Assembly: GCA_013265495.1 (NCBI GenBank)
Contig: MU058065.1
Location: 1,772,364 to 1,836,363, forward strand
DNA: 64,000 bases
DNA from: Vicugna vicugna
Taxonomy: Eukaryota
Reading direction: 5' to 3'
Shown: piece after piece, positions 10,760-24,220 of the stretch
Position numbering within the stretch: the stretch's first letter is position 1
Layout of the letters: the number at the start of each line of letters is the position of its first letter
The notes under the pieces: generated by a model
Told to the model about the DNA's origin: nothing
Seen by the model: the letters and a program-made list of their open reading frames with translations, nothing else
Databases searched by the model: none
Translations under genes and position numbers: made by a program

Positions 10760-12334
10760 GTGATGTACAATCTGCCTCAAGATAGTTGATCGTTGCGTGC
10801 TATGACTGGCTGCGAGAGGTTCTCCTGGAGAAGCAAGGTCTTATCTAGTGGAAGGAATAAAACCAAATAGGCAATTAGGCCAAAGTCATTTCCAATGTAC
10901 TTATGTCTGTTTCGGGAACCAAAAGAAACAAAGTTATTTGAGGTCATATGGTACTCTCTAAGAGATGCCTCTAATAAGTGGAAAATGGTCTGTCTTCAGT
11001 TGCTCATCAAGCATTAATGATCATAGTCTGAGCTAGGCGCCAGTGATACAAGATTCTGCAAAAGCAAAGCATTATGTTCAAAACTTTTATGTAGGAACAA
11101 AAAACACACAAGTAAACTGACCACTACAGTAAAGAGTGTCTCAAGGAGAAGACAGAGTTACTTTAGAGGCTGAGTGCAGAGTTCCTCTCTGAGAGAGGAC
11201 TGTTCTTGTGGAGGAAGGTGTCTTCATGGGCATGGAGGGGGGTTGTATAAACAGGGCTTTTTAGGTATAAGTCAAACGAGTCAAGAGACAGAGAAAACTG
11301 ACCTTCAAAATACATGAATTGGAATTTAGAGAGTTAGGAGTAGCCTGAGAATGGGAGGACCGAGAAAATATTTGAGGGGTTGGCTGGGAATCTTTAAGAG
11401 GAAAGTTGGCTGGTGGCCCCTGTAGCAGGGGGCTCTTCTGGAACAGGATTGTCACTGTGAATGTAACTGATCTGCGCTGCTCTCCTAGAGCGTGACCCCC
11501 GCTTCCCCACACTCTGCATTCCTACATGCCAATTCCAGTTAGACCCTGACTCTCTTGCAAGAGTCTCTACACGTTCATTTCCTTTGAGTAGAAGGAGGAA
11601 AATTAAGAAAAGGGGGACCTGGTTTCATGATTAGCTTATCACGGAGAAGAGAAAATGGAACAAATATGGTTGTGTTGAGAGAATAAGTGAGTCATCTAAT
11701 TCAGCAGTGGTAGGAAATCAAATCAAGGGATAACCATCAGTAATAGCCCTGCAGAAATTCTCATAAATATTGGAAAGAGCACTGGACTTCCCCCAAGGTG
11801 TGGGATTCAAGGGCTGAGCCAGTTTTATTTGAATTTTATAAGACAGGATGAATATTGTATTTCATTTGTAGAGAGTTTTATTATAAAAGCAGAGAGAGGA
11901 AACTGCCTGGGTCAGGATGCACAGGCAAAGACAAATGGAAGGGTCATCCCAGGAAAGCAAAAAAGACAAGAATATAGGCGAAATCATGACTCTGGAGAAA
12001 ACTGAAAGCAGGGAAGTGAATGAGGGTGGAAGAGTTAGCAGGATGCATCATAAAAAGCCTTCCACGGAATGCTAGGAGTAGGTGCTTTATCCAGTACTTA
12101 TTGGAAAGCTAGTAAAAAGATCTTTATAAAAATTTTCAAAGTTCACAGATATTCAGACACTAATAATACCAATACCAACGTATTCATCTGCAAAAGTTCT
12201 GTCATGTTTTATATATAAAAGAAAAAATAATGTTACTGATAAAGAGAGAGGTCCTATATATCTCTCCCCCGTCCTCCTGAGGGGCAAGTGCTCTCTTAAG
12301 TTTTGTTTCTGTCCTTTCAGTCTGTTTTTTACAC

Positions 12335-13055
12335 ACATTCATTCATCCAACAAATGCATCTTAAGGGTGAATGGTGTCCTGAACAGGATTCTAAGCCCTG
12401 AGGGTACAGCAAGAAACAAAATTGTCAAAAGTCCCTGTCCATGTGAAGCTTTTCCCTTTGTAATATGATATTCAATAATCGTATATGGTGCTAGACAATA
12501 AGAAAAGTATACCAATCAAAGGAAATTGAAGGGGGTGAGGAGCTAACTTTATGGAATCTTTCTATATAGTGGCCAGGAAACACCTCACTATTTGAATAAA
12601 GAAGAGAGAAAATGGGTCCTGGGCAGGGGAGAGCAGCCAGAGGAACCTCCAGGCATTGAGAACAGCAAATGTGAGAGACTTGGGTGGACCCATGACTGGT
12701 GTTGACTGCAGCAGAGTGAGTGAGGGAGACAGAGAAAAATGAAGGCAGAGCACCAAGTGTGGCCTTCCACTCCCTTCCAATGATTCTGGACTGATTCCAA
12801 ATGAATTGGGCCACATAACATACACTTTTCATCAAAAATAAAATAAAATAAAATAATGGTTGGGAGCTCCATTTTGAAGACCAAACAAAAACAATATAGA
12901 AAACAGGGGGACCAGGTGTAAGGCTAAAAAAATAATTTAGGCAGGAAATGATTACTTCTCGGCCAAAGACAGTAAGAGTAGATGTGGTCTGTAAACACGT
13001 TTTGAAGGTGGAGCCAACAAGATTTGTTAACAGAGCAGATGTGGGTATAGAAACA
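12335..13055 (-). mobile_element. L2 fragment
   Basis: cattcattcatccaacaaat..., ttttgaaggtggagccaacaagatttgttaacag are L2 hallmarks in reverse orientation. Confidence 0.7.
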
Positions 13056-15163
13056 AGACATGTACACCCAATGGCCATATGTTTTCTAAGACAGAAGAGG
13101 GAAGAAAGGCAGACATGTGCCCTTTGCCTAAATAAAATTACATATATATATATATAGTTATATAAAAGCATATTTTAAACATTGCAAATCACAAAATATA
13201 AATGCAATCTACAAAGTAAAAATATTAAAAGGAAAGTCTTCCCTAATCCCATGACCTGAACAACCACCATTGAGATTTTTTTTTTTTTCCACCATTGAGA
13301 TTTTAATGGATACCTTTGCAGGCTTGTGACCCCAGTGGTGTGTAATCGTACAGTGCTTGTACAATGCTTTGGTTTTTACACTTAAGCCATTGTCAGCTCA
13401 CAGACCTACAGTGCCAACTGAGAAATACAGGAGTATTAATTTTCCCACTTCAATTTATATTATTTTCTGTGATAGTTTAGGAACCTTGCCAATGCTTATA
13501 ACGTATTAGTTTTCTGAAGCAAAATGTTTTCCAGCTTCCAAGCTGCCAGCGAATAAACTACTAAAACACAATTCATTTTGAATTTGGAATCTACTTTAAT
13601 ATGAAAAATTGAGCCAATTGTAGAAGTGTGTTAAAGCGAAAAAAGCCAGTAATGGCTTAAAATCAACAGCTGGGTTGGCATAAAATCCAGTAGATACAGA
13701 GAACCGTTGAGTAGAAATTAGGCATTTTTTTGGGTAGCCTTTTTTTATTTTGTCTTTTACTTTCTCAAGGATTAACAGGTAAAGTAACACGTCATTACAT
13801 TATTCCTCTGATTTTTTTTTTTTGGTAAATTCATTTACTTTCTAATACTTTTCAAAGAATCTTACAAAGATTTATCAAGGACTAATTTGTTTCAGCCAGC
13901 TTTCAAATCAATCAGACATCATACCTCGTTTGCTTGTGAACTTTTTCATTATTATACCAAGAAACTATTTCACAGAATAATGCCAATGTCAATATCTCTA
14001 AGAGCCAATGCTTTCCAGAAACTAGAGACTGAATTTTAATTTTTCCTTAATTTTGACATAGAAACCCAATCTTTTCCTCCTGCATTTAAGAAAAAATAAA
14101 TAATCTCAGGCTGTTGAAAAGATTAGGGAAAAGGGACCATTTAGACGACTAAAATTAGAATGCTATTTTACTGATAAGAGAAAGCAGACGCATTAAAATA
14201 AATACATTGTCTTCTCTTCCTGTAGCCTCTGGCATCAAATGGCTAAAATCCCAACTACACCAGTTACAAATGGCATGGCCTCGGAAGAATTATTAGTCTG
14301 TCCTGTGCCATAGTTTATTCTTTCATTAAAAAAGAGAATCATAATAGCAGTTACCTCACAGGTTTTGTGAAGAACAAAGGAGACAGTCAAGTGAATGGTC
14401 ACTAAGTGGCCGAGCAGTTGTTAATTTATTGATCCCAACATATGGAACCACTGGCCTTCCTCCTGAAGGAGGGAGCAGACGGCTTCCCCTGCACGCAGGC
14501 CACTATATGCCATTCAGTGAAATTACGGCCTTATCTAATTAAAGAGAGATCAAAACTGGAGAAAAGGTGATAATTTTAAACACTATCCTTTATACTTATT
14601 CCTGGAAGCAGTTTATCCTGGTTAATGTCAAAATTATATATAACACTGTTAGAGGGAAAAGCGGGCAAAATGAGTGGACTGAATCCTTCAGATAACAGCG
14701 GGTCATTGCAGTCACTCTTCACTCCCCTATATTGTTCAGGTGTGATGGATATTCAGTTCATTCAAAATCCAAACTGCAGATTGCTCGGGATTATAAAATA
14801 ATCTCCCCAAATTTCTGCTTCATTTCAACTGAAGAGCTTTGATATAAAGAGCCCTTTGCCTGAGAGAGCATGACACTCTTCAACTTTAAACATCAAGCCA
14901 ATAATCCTCAGATGTACAGATCTTCCCTCAATAATTTTACATTTTAGTTTTATCAGCACTACTCATTGGGTTTAATTAAAAGCCCAATTCCAATATATTT
15001 TCTGACATTATTATTGAATATCCAAACAAAAAAATTGTGATATATTTAAGATGGACTTTGAATACTTAAGGCAATATTTGGTGACTTGGAAAAATAGTAA
15101 ATGTTTTGCATAAAGGCTCACTAAAATGTCTTATTTCTCTCTCCCTTATTCTGTCTTTTTCAG

Positions 15164-15287
15164 GGACAAGATAAAAACAGTCAGTTTCCTGTTACCCACG
15201 AACATGTCTTCATATTCCAAAACTTCAAGTTCCTTGAAGAACTCACCAAATCAGACCACAAACCAGTTAAGTACCATTACAGAATAG
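15164..15287 (+). CDS. CCDC195: CCDC195 coding exon 3 to stop codon
   Basis: Long polypyrimidine tract ending ttttcAG|; reads (R)DKIKTVSFLLPTNMSSYSKTSSSLKNSPNQTTNQLSTITE-TAG. The three exons total 633 nt = 210 aa plus stop. Too short to appear in the ORF track. Confidence 0.92.
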
Positions 15288-16476
15288 GATGTGTAAGGTA
15301 GTGAAATTTAAGAAAGTTAATTCCTGACATATGGGAACACCAAGGCCTGGCTGGGTCAATGACTTCCCCTGCAAAGAGCTCTGGCAAGATGTTCAGTAAG
15401 ATACACAAAATACTCAGCGTTGGGTCAATGGACTTGTCAATGGACTTGGCCAAGAAGTGCAAGCTATTACTTTACTTTGCTGTTGAATGCTACTGTTGAT
15501 GTGTCTGTGTGTGTGCACAATGGCTATGGTGGTCTCTTTAAGCAGCATGTGAGCAATTAAATGCAATTAAATTAAATTGCATGCTAAGTGTTCAATATCT
15601 GTGTTCGGCCATCAGGAAATGCTGCTGTTCATATTATGTGTCACTTTCCAGGTGAAACTGTAACAAATCTAGGAAAGAAAAGTTCTATTTTTGATTGATT
15701 AATGACGTAGAAACAAGTGATTATCCTTGTAGTTAGTTGTGTTTTGATATTTCACTGGCACAATCTCATTTGGTCTTTTAATATCCTGTGTCACTGGCAT
15801 GTGAACATCAACCCTGCAAACTCCCATGGCGTACATTGTGGGCTCAGAGTAACTGTGGGCTGGCTAGTGGCAAAGACACTAATCCTGGTTGGAAGGAGAG
15901 AGGAAAAGTTTCAAATGATCATTATTTAGGGGTTGGAAAGCTCAGAACACCTTCAATTCCTGAACTTCAAGTCAAGAGAATATCACCCCTTCCAGGTTTG
16001 TGGCAATCATGTTCTAATACCAATACCCCTTTTAAACAAATATCTTAATTAAAATCTCCAGAGTGTTACAATGCAGATTTAGGGGGCCCAGGCAGAGAGA
16101 AGACTAGAAATTCAGATTTTAAGCAAGCTTTCCTAGGTGATTTCTTAAACAGCTATGTTTGTGATCCACTGTCATAAATATTAAGAAACATAGGGCCCCC
16201 CAGGCCTGACACCAAGTTGAAGGGGAAGTAGTAAAGCAAGGAAAGGGTAGGAATAATCCAATCTATTTCTAACAAAGGATTTTAATTATCACAGACTCCT
16301 AGAAAGGAGGCGGATGAATCAACGAATACCCTGAAGTAAAAGTCACATATGGGTCAAATGCTTCTTTTATTTATAATATTCATTTAAGATGAACAATATT
16401 CTCAACAGATGTACAAGAAGGCAAGGTTACAACCAGAGGCAAAAGATACAAATGAGATGTAAAACGTGTGTCTAGC

Positions 16477-16482
16477 AATAAA
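16477..16482 (+). promoter_or_regulatory. Candidate polyadenylation signal for CCDC195
   Basis: First AATAAA I noticed after the stop codon. ATTAAA variants near 15556-15576 are alternatives. No transcript evidence. Confidence 0.25.
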
Positions 16483-17060
16483 GACACACACCAAGTAGAT
16501 AATTAACCTATGTGATTATTGGCATTTTTAGTTCATGCATAATTCCATTCTCTGCATATTTACAAAATGGAGAATTTTGTGTTAACATCAGTTAAAAGAA
16601 ACATTTCCCAGGTTTTTTTTTAAAGCAATGAATGACAGCCACCCAAATTACAATGTCATAACTGACAAAGTTATAATGACGAATTACCCCTGTGCCAGGC
16701 TCAGTGACTATCATGTGATTGGCATTTCATACACGTTCCATGAACTGAACTGAATTAAGTTACACAAGTCTAGCACTACTCAGTGGAAAATATACCACAC
16801 CATCAAATTTTAAACTTTGAAATGAAATCATTTAATATTATGATTAAAGAAACAAAGCCCCATTTCTGTTCTCTGACTCTCTGTAGAGTTTGATAGTAAG
16901 CGCTCTGAGCATGTTTTTAAATATAATGAGCTACAAAGGACACAGAATATATCCCAGTCCTGCTCTGTTCAACTGATTATATTTGTCTTCTTCTGTGGCC
17001 CAGACTTCTGTGAGTTAGGAACTCAAATGTCCACAGGGACAGGCAAGTAACGGAAATGAG

Positions 17061-17770
17061 TGTAAAACCAAGCAGGACCCTCTGGGGCCGTCCTAGGACA
17101 GACCACTCCTCAAGTCCTCCTCCTGTCTCTTATCTGTAAAAAATAAACTTTAGCCAAAGAAGAAATTTAATCAGAGAAGTAAGAAAATGCAGAAGCAAAG
17201 GAAAACAGTGGGAAAAAGACCAAATAAGGATAGTTTAGTTATTAAACAAAGTCAAGGATCCTTAGTTCCTCCTCAAAGACTATAGATAATATGCTGAGCT
17301 GTACCCTTTGAGCTGTTTTATGGATACTGGAACCTCAACCATGTGGAAGAAGTTACCCACATGATGTCTAGACTGTAGTCATGACATAAGCTGCTCCACC
17401 TTGCACAATCTTGAGAACTGGCCTCAAGGAAATGGGAGCAAATCAACCCTGGAACTGAAGATTAACTGTATTTAAAACAATCAAGTTGATGCTGATCAGA
17501 CAACCACATGACAAATTTCAAGATGATTATCACAGCTGACTATGCGGTTCTGCATATAGCTCCCTCCCTCTGCCTACACATCTCTAAAATTCCCCTTATT
17601 AAAGCTCTTGCCCCTTGATCAGCAGTGGGGAGTTGGCTTTGGGACATGAGTCTACCTTCTCCCCAGGTTGCTGGCCTCCTGAATAAAGCAACATTTCCTT
17701 TCCCACCAACACTTGCCTCTCATATATTGGCTTTTGAGCTGAAAGCAGCTGAACCTGAGTTAGGTAACCA
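17061..17770 (+). mobile_element. Solo ERV (ERV1-like) LTR inserted into an older hAT/MER-type element
   Basis: About 700 bp, aaaccaagcaggaccct...cctgaataaagcaacatttcc...ggtaac. AATAAA near the 3' end. Flanks (about 17015-17060 and 17771-17945) resemble a split DNA-transposon relic. Confidence 0.75.
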
Positions 17771-18369
17771 GTGGGGGCTCTGAAGAACAGCTGTGTGCGC
17801 ACCCCAGCTAAAGGGAGGGGCAGCTACTCACCCTTGTGATGCTGTGTGGGGAAGTAGACACTCTATTGTTACGTGGTTTATCACTCAAGGGATGTTAAAA
17901 TCATGATGTTTATGCAAAAAATCTCCTGATTTATAGATACTGGCATTGTGTTCAATTTTTAAAACATTGTGAAAACCAAATAAAATGTCTAAGGACCAGA
18001 TTTAAGATACCAGGTTTCAACCTCCGACTTACATTCAATTTTTTAACTGTAGAGACCCCAAACAAAAAAGTTGATCTGGAAAGTGACAGCTGGAGAATGG
18101 AAAGGGAAGAAGGAATTTTGAGATTGGGAAAAGAGGATGAGATGGTACAGGAAGTGGAGCCTACTTAGATTTAAAAGGCGAGGGTTTTATATCATCACAA
18201 AAATGTGACTTAATCCAGAGTCAACACATGTTTGCTTACAGAACCAAAACAATGTGAGAAACCATGAGCTATTTTGTTTTATTCTAATTTATTTTATTTT
18301 ATTTATTTTTCCCCCAGGGTTGGGGATAACATTTGTTTAATTGAAGTTCAACATTATTGTTTCCTATCT

Positions 18370-18930
18370 TCAAATGTATTCAAATGTTCATCTGTGTTAT
18401 CAGTAATGAGATTTCATATATTTCTTCTTGGAAAATGTCTTTTCACATAAAGAGGTGCTGAAAAATACTGATATCAATCCACCAGCTTTGTAGTATGTTC
18501 TGAAATTGGAAAGTATAAGTCTTGTCATTTTATCTGGTTTTAAAAAATCATTTTGGCTCTTCTGGTTCCACTGCATTTCATATGAATTTTAGGATTAATG
18601 ATAATTTCTGCAAAAAAAAAACTGCTGGAATTTTGATAGGAATTGTGTTGAATTTATTGATATTTATTTTGTTGATATTTTGTTGAATTTTTGTTGAATT
18701 TTGTTGAATTTTTAAATATTTTGTTGAATCTGTTGACATTTTGTTGAATTTATTGATATTGAATTTGTTGATAAATTAGAGGTAGAATTGACATTTCAGT
18801 GATAGCGAGTCTTTCTGTTTATAAACATAAAATGTTTTTCTTTTTACTTGTAACTTCTTTGTCTCAGAAATGTTTTGTAGTTTTCAGTGTATAAATCTTG
18901 CGCTTTTAAATTAAATTCCTTCCTGAGTAA
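18370..18930 (-). mobile_element. Old L1 ORF2-region fragment
   Basis: ctttgtagtatgttctgaaattgga...tttcatatgaattttaggatt...ggaattttgataggaattgtgttgaattt matches antisense L1. Confidence 0.75.
18645..18772. repeat. Degenerate 10-11 bp tandem repeat (TTTTGTTGAA/TTGATA)
   Basis: Roughly ten imperfect units within the L1 fragment. Confidence 0.8.
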
Positions 18931-21900
18931 TGTTTTGTTTTAATACTTTTATTCTATACTTTTGTGTGTTTTACATTTTTCACTTGTATAGAGCTCTGGG
19001 CAAACAAGCTAGATGACTTCTCTTCCTTTTGGTGAGCAAGGAAGATCCTGAAGTTAGAGGATCACAGAATTTTCTAGCACAAATCTGGTTTCAGGCCATA
19101 ATTTCAAAGAGTAAGCATAGCTCAGGGAAGTTACTCCACTAGTCTGAAGTGACAGAGTTTATAGCACAATCAGACCCCTGCTGACCCCTCCTGTTAGAGT
19201 TCTCTGGAGCCCCCTGAATTTGCTACATTAAGCCAGTCATTAAATTTAAAACGTTTGTAACCTGAGCCTTTCTCAAAATGTGAGGGTGATCTCAATGGTC
19301 TCACATCCAGGGTATCTCAGGATTGGATGAGATCACTTATATGGATATGTTGCATAAAGCGCTAAACAAATACAAGACACTATTGCTTTGTTCCACTTAA
19401 CACATAGACTCTGAACATGTGTCTAATTTTAAATCAAGAAGTTAAATCAATAAAAATGAATGCATGAAATTTCTAGCTTTTGTGTTTTCTAGCTTTTGAT
19501 TTTCTCTTGGTTAAGTTGATGAATCATCAGCGAAAAGATGAACAGCAAGACACCTCTCTAGCATCCAGAATCACGTACTTTACCTGTAAAGAAGAGGGAA
19601 AAGGCAAAGAGGAAGAAAGAAGAGGAAACTTCCCCATGATGAGTTCTTAATGGTCACCAGCACTGCTGTGACGGTGCAAGTTAATAACTCTGTGGCTGGT
19701 GAAAGCCAGAAGTTAACAAATACATCAGTCTACTATCAAACAACACCAATGTCTTCCAGAGCTTTTTGCTTTCATAAATTGGTCTCCTGCAAATATCCTT
19801 TAACAAGTAAGCATATTGAAACAAAGGAAAATGCAAACAATGTGTTCAGAATCAAACGGCAAGCCCTGGCAACTTTTCCAGACCCCAGTTCTGTCTGTTC
19901 CCATTTCTCCACGCTACTTCTAGTCTCTAAGCTGTGAATCTAAACTAAACTTAACCAGAAAGATAGCTGCATACAGGAGTAATGTGAAACATTATGGAGC
20001 ATCATAGAATATTTGTTTATTCCTTAGTCCAAATTGTAGTTTATCCTCTAAAAAACAGATCTTAGGAACCTAAGAATCCTGGCAGGCACAATCATTGAGC
20101 CGGATGTCTTTGCCACCAAAATAAAAAGCAAAATACAGTAGCACCTGCTGAGTATGGAAATCACCATCCATAGAACTTAAAAGATACAATAAGACAGTCT
20201 GAGAGATGACTCCACGGATATCAGTTGTAGTTCTTTTTTAAGAGACTGAGTTCTTCTGCCCACAGCAATACTTCATTTTTAAACATCAATGCAGGGAAAT
20301 GTTCGTTCATTCAAGCTGTGTTTGAAAAAGCCAGTAGTTGGAGAATGCTCTTTCTTATAAGGGAACGAATAAAAGACCTGTTGTGGCTTTAATTTGTCTT
20401 TGATTTCTGCTTTTATCATTAGTGCCATAAGACCAGCAAAGTACTTTGTGATATGATAATCTGCCTGCAATGACTTTTCTAAAAGGTGAGAAGGAAAGAC
20501 AGTTTATCCAATCTCATACATACTGAATACTTGACATTACTAGAACTACTTTGAAAGTTGATCTTGAAACACAATTTACCCTGAACTCGGAGAGAGAGAG
20601 TCAACTTGTTCTTGTCCAGGTTTTAATCTTCTGTGGCACTCAGGTTTAGATTCAGAAAATGTCTCCTCATTTTTCCTTTTCTTTTAACTAGAATTTCTCC
20701 TCCTGCTGCCACCACAAAATTCAAAATTGTCTGAGTTTGAGGACCAGTGAAAAGTCTGTTCTTAATAATGATAATTCATTCTGTCATCCTCTCGATACCA
20801 TTTTATGAAGACCAATAGTGATTCTTCATATGTTCTTTAGGGAACGCACTTATCAGTCTTAATTTTACTCATTCGTGAAAATTGTCCCTAATTCCATCCA
20901 TTAATGCCCACGCCCACACCCCTTCTCCTTTCTTTCCTCCTTAGCTTTGAGGATTTTTAATTCACATAGTTACTTCAGACCAGGAACTCACTTCTGATGG
21001 AAAGACCAGGGGAGCAAGCTGGACTTCCTAAGGAGGAAAAAAATTCTCTCTCTGAAACACCCAGAAGACTCTTGATTTTTGGAATAACATTTTGTCCAAC
21101 ACACCTCCTTATTTAATACAAAAATAGCTTTCAATATTGGAGAGAAGGTAAGTGAATGGGTAGCTCAGAAGCAAATGGCACTTTGGCTCAGTTGCTAGAC
21201 CACTTTGTGCACTAGACAAAGTAATTTGTTAAATAGCACATGGTCACATGTAAGTTAAATGGGTACCCAAGAAGTGAGCCAGTTACTCCCTTTCTAACTA
21301 TATTATTTCGTCTGTTATGTGGCTGATTTTATAGTGCCCAGCAAAGATGTGGCCTTTTGCATCCCTGCCATTGGCTCCGGTTCTGGTCCTGTCTGGGCTA
21401 GTTGTGTGGAAATCTGCTATGACATCATCAGACCCAGACACTTCCTCTCTTAAAACAGAAACTCCCTCTGGCATCGAATGTGTTCTAAACCAACTCATTC
21501 AGGTGTTCTTCTCAAATACTTACTTCTGTTTCTCCTCAGGTGCTTCACGTTTTAGAGCTGCACGGAAGCTCCAGCACAGCCCCAGGAATCTAGCATTTAA
21601 AGGATATTTTCAAGAGGTCATTCCAAGAAAAGGCAGCTCTGTGAAAACTGGAGCTCCAAAATCAGAAAGTGCCCCAGCCCTCGCAGCCTTCTCCCCCCAG
21701 TTCCTGAAACCAAGCAAAGCGGGGGTTCTCGCTCCTGCTAGAAGATAAACTGAAGAGCATTAAAAATCCCACTTCCCAGGCTAGACAAATTATGACAGCA
21801 TCCCTGGGGGTGGACTTTGGCATCAGTATTCCTTAGAGCTCCCCCATGATTCCAGGGCACAAGCAAGGTTAAAAGTCACTGTTGTGAAGGCTAAGTTCAG

Positions 21901-21939
21901 CCCCGCGTGTTACAGATCTTGAAGGAGGACACGCACAGA

Positions 21940-22135
21940 CCTTGAAATCAGACAGCCCTGGGCTCTCCCTCTTACATACTCATAGGACCTTAGGCAGCAT
22001 AACTGGGCTTCCTAAAGCCTCAGCTTCCATATCTGTAAAATGGAGATATATTGACATTTTCTGGCAGATGGAGATTTAATGAGCTAAACTGCCTGAAGCA
22101 TCTGCTACAATACCCAACACCCAGCAAGCACTCAA
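21940..22135 (+). mobile_element. MIR SINE
   Basis: aatcagacagccctggg...agcctcagcttccatatctgtaaaatggagat. Confidence 0.7.
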
Positions 22136-23370
22136 GAAATCACAGCATGAGTGGTAGCCGTAGCAGTGGTACGTACAAGGCATGGTCTTTGCCTCCAAGG
22201 AAAAGTTAAGAAGAGGATTTCCCACCCCCAGCCCTGCCTAGGGAGTTAGTGGCAGGCCACGTTGCAAAACTTCATCTCCTGATTCGTGATCCAGTAGCCT
22301 TTCCACAGCATCACACGTCTGCCCTTGATGAAATCAGCTGTCCTGTCACTGAGTTTGGTGGCTGCAGAGGATTTATGCAGTAAATAAGGCTGAACACAGC
22401 CCCAAAGTTCTCTCCCATAAGAAATATTATGTTTTAAATCTACTTTTCGAATATACCCTTAAAGAGTTCATTTCTTGTTTGAAGATGGAGCAACTTCAGA
22501 AGGTTTTAATTCACTCTGAGCCATTTCCCATCCTCTGCAGCCCTACCACAAAGGCCTCCTCCCCACAGGGACTGTCAATTACAGAGCCGCTGAGCTAGGA
22601 TGGAGACCCCACCCTTAGGAAGATTTCCAACCCAATCTCTACACAGACTACCTTATACCAGTGAACCCTGACATCATTCTCCTTCTCAGCAGGTCCTCCA
22701 AACAAAATGGGTGCAATTAACTGAATAAGCTAATAAATGGAATTGGTCAGTGAAATCTATTTTGGGAGCAAAAATGCCTTTGAGAGAGGATTAGTTAGAG
22801 GCAAATAAGTACATTTTTGTCCTTTTAGAAGGAAGTCTGCATTCAGAGCTTTCAAAAGAAGACTACAGGCCTTTCAAGTAATGACTAATTCCATAGCTAC
22901 TCATAAGTACTGGGACTGAATTAAATTTTGGTTGAAATCCTATGACACTCTCTGCAAGATGCTATGTCTCCAAATATTCAGTAAATGCACATCTTCTCAA
23001 CAAATACTCCAGTTAGGGCAGGCTGCCCTGAATGCCAGCTCTCATCTTTACCAAACATGACAAGAATATTCAGAGAATCAAATGTCACTTACCTACTCAA
23101 CATATCTCAATAACCACTCAATTCTTTGCAATGTTTCCTTTAGCTATTCTGACTTGAAAGTCAATACAAGAATAGTGAACATACAGGTGAAAAAGTATTT
23201 TGCTGTTATAGGAAGTGTCCTTTATGTCTAAAAACTAAAGACCAAGAACATTCTCCCTTCCTGACTTAACAGTGAGGTGTGAGATGCAATGCTTGGAACC
23301 AAAGTAGCAATCTTGTCACCATGAGGAGACTGGCCTGAAGACAAAAGCAAAATCTACACTGAGGGTGCCA

Positions 23371-23421
23371 CGTGTGTGTGTGTGCGTGTGCGTGTGCGTG
23401 TGCGTGTATATATATATATAT
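23371..23421. repeat. Compound microsatellite (TG)n(CGTGTG)n(TA)n
   Basis: Directly visible alternating purine-pyrimidine tract. Confidence 0.9.
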
Positions 23422-23519
23422 AATTCAGGACCTTGAATATGCCACTAAGCTCTTAAATTCACCAATTTCCTGAAACCACCCTACCTCCTAGCATCACTCT
23501 GATATTCTCTGGGAAACTT

Positions 23520-24024
23520 TTATTAGTTCCCTATTGATACCATAACAAATGACCACAAACTTAGTGGCTTAACACTACACAAATTTATTATCTTACAGTT
23601 CTGGAGGTCAGATATCCAAAAATCACAAGTTCAGCAGGACTGCATTGCTTCTGGAGGCTCTGGAGGACAATTCATTTCCTTGCCTTTTCTGGCTTCCTGT
23701 ATTTCTTGGTTCATGGCCCCTGACTCTCTTCACGGCCAGTGGAGTGGCATCTTCAAATATCCCTCCCTCCGTCTCTCTCTCTCCCCTTCTATCATTACAT
23801 TGCCTTTCCTGACTCTGACTCTCCTGCTCCCCTCCTTCCTTTATTACACCCTTGTGACTTCATGGGGCCTCCACAGATAATCCAGTGTACTCTTCCCATC
23901 TCAAATATTTAATTTAATCACATCTACAATGTCTCTTTTGCCACATAATGGAATATATTCACCAGTTTGGGGATTAGGACATAGACACATCTGGGGGAAG
24001 AGGGGCATTATTCAGCCAACCACA
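23520..24024 (-). mobile_element. MaLR MLT1 LTR
   Basis: tattagttccctattgataccataacaaatgaccacaaacttagtggcttaa...ttattcagccaaccaca. Confidence 0.85.
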
Positions 24025-24220
24025 GACTTCAACGCAGGGGAAATTTCTTCTAACTGTCTAACTGTAGTAAGACAGAGAGCAAGAAGGTTGCTACTGCTCT
24101 GGGGTAAATCTACAACTGTATATTCTTATCTCTTCCATGAGAATGAAAATTGTTTCTGATCTTCTTTTCCAAATGGGCTTTAAAAGAATGTGTTTGCCAA
24201 TGCTGGGATCATATTCATCT

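Noticed and set aside
12491..13171. 226-aa ORF, the longest in the track
   Set aside because: Lies largely over an L2 relic and a TA repeat; no recognisable protein.
18645..18772. Repeat array as CRISPR-like
   Set aside because: Short degenerate tandem units with no unique spacers, in mammalian DNA.
21347..21748. 133-aa ORF with signal-peptide-like start
   Set aside because: No recognisable family or supporting gene structure; likely chance.
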